Shown one piece after another: positions 59,101 to 64,000 of a stretch of 64,000 bases of DNA. The position numbers were made by a program, and so were the translations under genes. Each line of letters starts with the position of its first letter. The stretch's first letter is position 1. Under the pieces are notes generated by a model, which saw only the letters and a list, made by a program, of their open reading frames with translations, was not told the origin of the DNA and searched no databases. The DNA lies in NCBI GenBank assembly GCA_001600695.1, contig BCKQ01000003.1:1206940-1270939 (forward strand), written 5' to 3'. The DNA comes from Ascoidea asiatica JCM 7603 (lineage: Eukaryota; Fungi; Ascomycota).

Positions 59101-61146
59101 ACTAACTGATAAAACGGTTGTATTTCTTTGATATAAACTTCTTTTTGAAAATGGTTTTGAATTTTGATTGAAATAGTTTCTATTTTTTGAAGGGGAATTA
59201 TTATAATTAAATCTATTATTTTTATTAGAATTGTTAATATGATTACCAATATTTTTATTTAATGAAGGTAAATTTGAAAATGAATTAACATTATTTGCAT
59301 CTGATCCAACAGTTTCTATGAAAGGTGTAGCCAAAGCATATAATAATCTTACTTGTAAAGAATTGTCTCTTTTTTTCAAGTCTAATTTAATATTTTTTGA
59401 ATTTTTATAATTTTTGGCATTTCTTTGGATATTTTTATTTTTAAGTAAGCTTGATAAAATTTCTTTTGAATCATTGTTGATATTATTATTGTTCAAATTT
59501 TGATTAGATTTACTAGATTTTAGATTATAGGAATTATAATTTTTAGAGACATTTAATTTTTCAATTTTTATATTTCTTTCAATATTTTTTTCATTAATAA
59601 TATTATTACTTTGTTTTTCAATTTCAGTTTCAGTATCCAGGGTATTTGTAGAAGTTACTTGATCTGTTGAATAATTATCATTTTCAGTATCATTATCATT
59701 CTCATTGTCATTGTGGTTATTATTATCATTACTACTGTTGTTGTTATCATTTTGTATATTTGATAAAGACAAATAATGTAAATTCAAAGCCACTTCTTGT
59801 TCCAGATCTGAATGTTTTGAATTTAAGATATTTGAATTTGAGTTTGAATAAAATTGATTTTTCATTGAATTATCTAATAAATTTATAATTTTTCTTAATT
59901 TTTGATTAATATTTTTTTGATAATTTGAATTATTATTATTATCAATAAGGATAGATTTGTTATTACCATTTTCATTTTCGTTTTCATTTCCATTTTTATT
60001 AACAAAATCATTATAATTAGGAGTATTGTTTTTTATATTATTATTTTTGTTGTTGTTATTATTATTATTGTTATTGAATAATACAGATAATGCGGCACTT
60101 GAAGCATTTGATTCAAATTTAGTTTTAATTGAATTAGTATCCGAATCATTTAGATTATTTTTATAATTATTTGAAATTGAATTATTTAAGTTTGATAAAA
60201 AGGGTAAATTATCAATATCTGATAAATTACTATTATTATTATTTGAAGATTGAATTGGAGAATCAATTGTATCATATAATTCAGGTCTATCAATTAAAAT
60301 TTCTATTGATCTTTTAAGTATATTTAATCTTAAAGCTAAAGAATTTGGAGATAAATGAGCATAAGAATAAGCATGAGTACTTTCAGTTGGGAAATTTAAA
60401 ATTTGATTATCACTTATTACATTATTATTGATAAAAGTAGATGGATTATTATTTATGATTAATTTATTATTATTTTGTTTAGAGTTTCTATTTATTGATT
60501 GATTATTATTATTTTTATGGTCATGATTATTGTTATTGTTATCAATTGATGAAGAGAAACTTATTGCTCTTTTTGGAAACTGAGGTATGAATTCATTAGT
60601 TGAATTTAAGACTAAAGTAGGAGGAGGTAAACTAGTTAAGTCATTTAAATTATTTGGGTCATTATTATCGTTATCATTATTTTTATCGTTATCATTATCA
60701 TTATCATTATTATTGGAAATATCATTATTGATATCATTTTGAATTAATTCTTTTAAATACAAGTTTAACTTATTTGTATTTGGATGAGGTGGAAATGAAA
60801 AAGATAAATTTTGAGAATTTAAAGCTGGAGAAGTTGGAGTTGAAAATGAATTGAATTTGTTATTGTTGTTATTGTTTATGGTAGATGTATTAATTTTATG
60901 GCTATCATTTTGAATAAAAAAAGTTGAATTTGATTTTTCATTCAAAATTAAATCTTCAAGACTTGAATTATTTGAATTTTGATTTGAATTTAAAGCAGAG
61001 ACCGGATTTGAATAAATTTTATTTAATTGATTAATTGTATTAATATCATTATTATTATCATTATTGTTGTTATTATTATTTCTTTTTTTTAAGATTGATA
61101 ATGAATTAATTAGTGGAGTTTCATTATTTGGGGATAAATACGGCAT
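56200..61146 (-). CDS. PSK1: PAS-domain Ser/Thr kinase
   Basis: LSPNSLALRL, QAVFTCE..PW..ANDLACL, ERILVDTWCRDRKLGTVPSEI, HRDIKDEN, DFG. Confidence 0.93.
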   Translation of the reverse strand: MPYLSPNNETPLINSLSILKKRNNNNNNNDNNNDINTINQLNKIYSNPVSALNSNQNSNNSSLEDLILNEKSNSTFFIQNDSHKINTSTINNNNNNKFNSFSTPTSPALNSQNLSFSFPPHPNTNKLNLYLKELIQNDINNDISNNNDNDNDNDKNNDNDNNDPNNLNDLTSLPPPTLVLNSTNEFIPQFPKRAISFSSSIDNNNNNHDHKNNNNQSINRNSKQNNNKLIINNNPSTFINNNVISDNQILNFPTESTHAYSYAHLSPNSLALRLNILKRSIEILIDRPELYDTIDSPIQSSNNNNSNLSDIDNLPFLSNLNNSISNNYKNNLNDSDTNSIKTKFESNASSAALSVLFNNNNNNNNNKNNNIKNNTPNYNDFVNKNGNENENENGNNKSILIDNNNNSNYQKNINQKLRKIINLLDNSMKNQFYSNSNSNILNSKHSDLEQEVALNLHYLSLSNIQNDNNNSSNDNNNHNDNENDNDTENDNYSTDQVTSTNTLDTETEIEKQSNNIINEKNIERNIKIEKLNVSKNYNSYNLKSSKSNQNLNNNNINNDSKEILSSLLKNKNIQRNAKNYKNSKNIKLDLKKRDNSLQVRLLYALATPFIETVGSDANNVNSFSNLPSLNKNIGNHINNSNKNNRFNYNNSPSKNRNYFNQNSKPFSKRSLYQRNTTVLSVSENVQSPLSTFEDSLMSPTTSRPFHSLSTGKAANPQAVFTCEVDFPWSLKASNDLACLIFGITKASFKCLNLMDLIASNSRSFVIEKLNKNLSLSTINNKRNNINKSNYYYSNRNILFAGEIVAINRTNNDIAWCSLWAKKKGDLIIFMFDQIPCDAIDILIELRSENNSISEYQSWSIKKVTQVTGSLLNNYKLQDKSLETLSDSLQTELNMLEIESSVNKVKNPYIFFSNLSDKINQIRYFTLNLHKRILPCATTSEILEKDGDDVRGDKLNDYQIKLKIHTMPYIAGIFVISSSDYRILSYNRSISKNLFGCGNLLNCSIDHVIPNFTELLDFTICNDEISPNYFSNNQKSFANYSNNFQRIKSNQRKNFKLSPGLVLPEHFFRRVYSKFSILKEKKNEGYDLDDEKCFNSFKQDFENSFLNSVGIPGKHRDGISINIDIQLRVSTIETYVLWITYSRDLHNNHHSSASSEELHKNEGKLENGKNIYKNLPSQLNLLAENQIPQSKNFGYLPSSKLSNKLSTSSISSNDSINSKKINDINNSRNINNSEINVNNPINSDKSDHSDISSVHSNGDLINPTSIQSNSHSLIHSPVRSLSSNNSLNELSKEERLKSYLIQNHSSNKSPRKISLDSTETEPTIMSDDGSKAPETSSSISSDNTNYQLVIRSQEELKKLEHDQIDAMKKASIYFPKQVGLKRRIKSFDDYKIIKSMGEGSYGKVVLVEHKLDPNYRIVLKCIFKERILVDTWCRDRKLGTVPSEIQIMAYLNTTDDPNIMRLLDFFEDDDCYYIETPIHGDPPGIDLFDLIEIKKSMTEYECRYIFKQVASAIYHLHENGIVHRDIKDENLIIDNQSFIKLIDFGSAAYIRNGPFDVFVGTVDYAAPEVFNGRPYEGKAQDVWALGVLLYTIIYKENPFYNVDEIMEGDLRIPYVTSDECINLIQKILQREVEKRPSMKEIMDDPWLKM

Positions 61147-62169
61147 TTATATATATATGATATATTATAAAATTTATATTCTAAAATTATAACAATATAT
61201 TGTAGTATATTATATAATTTGAAAAAAGTATTGAAGAAGCAGTGGAAATGTTTTGAGAAAGTAGTGAAAAAGCAGTGAAATATTCAGTAGTTTGATAAGT
61301 TCAAATTATATAAAAGTTTAATATTTTTATAGTTTTTTTTAGTTTAATTGTTAAATTGTTAAATTGATTTGTATTGAATAGTTTGATATATTTGATAGGT
61401 TTGATATACTTATATATCTATAATTGATTGTAAAGTTAATAAATAATAACTCTGGATTGGAATTGTGGGCTAAATAATAGGAACAATAGGAAAAGAATTA
61501 GAGGAATAAATAGGATAAGAATCAAAATGAGGTAAAGACAGTTTATTTATATGGTTGATTATATGATTATTTATATAGTAATTTTTTTTATTTTATTTTA
61601 TAATTATCCTATTGTTTTTTCTAGTTGCTCAATATAATAATTTATTGTCAGTCCTGTCTTAGTTTTGGTTTTATTTATATTTTACTTTTATAATTTCTTT
61701 GTTGTTTTTCTCTCACTGAATTTTAAATGAAGGATTCCTGTGAAATTTTATATTGATTAGTAAATAGTTTTTAATTGAATAAAATGGTTTGACTTCTTAG
61801 TACGAATCAATTAAGTTGGATTTAAGACTCAAATATTAGTTAAATGAAATAGAATAAAATATAATTTAGTCAAATAAAATAAAATAGAATAGAATAACTA
61901 AATAAATAAATAAGTTTATGCTTGTTGTTGACAAACAGAAGTATATTTCTAAGTTGAATCATCAAAGCTAATTCATCCACCACCATACAAATTTAAATTT
62001 CTTTGTCTTTTTTTCTTCGCTCTTCAGTCATCACATCACAGAGTCCATCGCACCCGCAGCTCTGGTGGAAAACTGCCCCAGGATTAGTAACTACAAGTAC
62101 AACTCCTAGACCCTTCCACGACACGGGACCCAAATACGAGCACGGCTGCAAACGCTCCACTCGAGCCGG

Positions 62170-62656
62170 TGATTGTACGAACGAAATATCTAATTATTAC
62201 TAAGAAGATATCTAATTCAAATTATAAACAATTGTTAATTAAAATATAAAATATATAAAAATTATATAAAAAATATGGGAGGTAAGTGCCCTATTTATAT
62301 TAGTAAAAAATAGGAGCGGGTAACCCATCTTAAAAATAAATTTGTAAATTTAGTATGTGAAAGTTCACCTCCCATACTTAAAAAAAGAAATAAAATAAAA
62401 TATTGTTCTGGAAGACACTACGACATTCTAAGAACAAACACGAAGATTCTAGTACATTCGAGATGCACGCAGAACTTCGAAGAGAAAATAAATAATGCAG
62501 ACCCAGAAGGTTCTACTACATTTATCATGCACACAGACGTTCTGCGAACGCAATAGCATGCAGTCGTAGAACAATCTATGCAATTTTAGAAAGTCTAAGA
62601 ATAGCCTAAAATATTCGAAGACAATTCCAATGAAAAAACAAAATGATTAACAATCA
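62170..62656 (-). repeat. 3' LTR (487 bp) of a Ty3/gypsy element
   Basis: Terminal inverted repeats TGATTGT (62170-62176) / ACAATCA (62650-62656) give TG...CA ends; degenerate G-rich PPT at ~62657-62668; TATAAATAG on minus near 62291-62299. Confidence 0.75.
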
Positions 62657-64000
62657 AATAGCCCCACGATTGCAAATCGAAGGCCCTTGAAATTTTAGTT
62701 AATCTTGATCTATCAGCATTTAGTAATTTTTGAGAATTATTGAAAAAAATTTTAATTGGATGCTTATTGTTAGGCAAAGCAGGAAATAGTCTATTACCAT
62801 TTATTTTATTTTAAATACCAGCACCGTTTAAAGTAGAAAGTTTGTACAGATTATTATCAAAAACCTTTTTTACAATCTCTGGACCATCATAATATGGTTC
62901 GAATTTGTGTTTTCAAACTATTTGTCTTAAAACATAATCACCTACTTCAAAAACTTGAAGGACTGCTTTGTCTTCTTGAAGGTTCTTTTTGGTATTTGCG
63001 ATTTTCTTTTTAATTTTGGAATGTTCCTTTCCTTCTTTATTTAGCTTTTGAATTTGTAAGACTCTTAATTGAGTAGCTTCTTGATGCTCGGCATCTGTAG
63101 GTTCTCTTGCATAAGGTTGCATATTATTGCTTGAACCTGAATATACACCAAAAGCTAAAAAGTAAGGTGAAAACCCATCTTTTGACTTTTTTGACCTGTA
63201 TTAAATTAATGCAGCAGTCATAAGGAGGTCCCATTCTGAGGAAATATTCAAATAAAATAAAATTTGTTTGAATAAACCATTAAACTTCTCACATTTACCA
63301 TTAGTCTCTGGGTGATATGGAGTGGGTTTCCGACATTTGATTCCTAAGGAATCTAATTTCTCAATAACATTATTTGCAACAAAACCAGAACCATTATCCA
63401 TAATTATGTCTTTCATTTGACCATGGTTAGTGACGACAGTTTGAATTAAATTTAAAACCTGTAACGAGCCAGTATCTGGTGTTGCAACAGCATAAGCATA
63501 ATCTGTACCATAATGAATTGCAGCGATACAAAATTTATTTCTAGATGAAGTTTTTCGAAAAGGACCAATATAATCCATCCCCCATCTTGAGAAGGCTGTT
63601 GCAGAAGGAATTGGAGTTAATTTCTTAGAAATAGCTGATGGCTTTTTCATAAGCTGACAATGAGGACAAACTCTAATAACTTCTTGAACTAATAGAATAC
63701 TATCAGGATGAAAGTATTTTTCATTTACCATGTTTTCTAGATTTCCAATGGAACAGTGAGCATTTGAAAGATGAACTTTTTCAGAGATTTCCTTCAACTT
63801 CTCTTCACTTAAAACAATAGCTAAACGATCTTTAATTCTAATATGTAGTTGATTATCATAGAAAATAAAGTTAGCAAAGATAAATTTAGAACTCATATTT
63901 TTAGGAATTTCTTTATTTTGAAAAAATTTTTTAATTCTAATAAGATCGACTTCACACAAATCCTTAATTGATTTGATGGTTTTGATCTGAGTTTCAGTTT
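62595..64000 (-). pseudogene. pol integrase region interrupted by in-frame stops
   Basis: One reading frame with stops at 63201-63203, 62913-62915 and 62811-62813; FEVGDYVL..HKFEPYYDGP(-)EIVK lacks the Y/F of GPY/F. Confidence 0.8.

Larger units (their letters stand above)
62170..64000 (-). mobile_element. Ty3/gypsy LTR retrotransposon, 3' portion, continuing beyond the window
   Basis: Integrase HHCC (H..H..CPHC), D-D-E (WGMDYIGP, MDNG, NGKCEKFN), GPY/F-like module, followed by the LTR. Confidence 0.9.

Overview
Extremely AT-rich budding-yeast (Saccharomycotina) chromosomal segment. The Asn-rich proteins, a GTATGT/TACTAAC/TAG intron and CTG codon contexts suggest an Ascoidea-like CUG-Ser yeast (inference). 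Genes in order: peroxisomal peroxiredoxin, PEF1, EXG1, three tandem YCR023C-like MFS transporters, xylose/aldose reductase, a bacterial-type alpha/beta hydrolase, a Myb/SANT-like heptad-repeat orphan, intron-containing TSC3, a large orphan, tRNA-Pro(AGG), MSD1, UTP6, a diverged importin-7/8-like protein, ALG1, a secreted aspartic protease, TPD3, a decayed YJR098C-like gene flanked by a diverged ~150 bp direct repeat, a PMU1-like phosphatase, GRX8, PAS kinase, and the 3' end of a Ty3/gypsy retrotransposon (487 bp LTR plus an integrase with premature stops). The most notable observations are two highly structured ~170 nt intergenic elements (11588-11762 and 21440-21606), mixed Ser/Leu evidence for CUG, a horizontal-transfer candidate, the repeat-flanked pseudogene and an LTR rich in heat-shock-like elements. 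All calls come from reading the sequence by eye and from recalled family motifs; no searches or folding programs were run.
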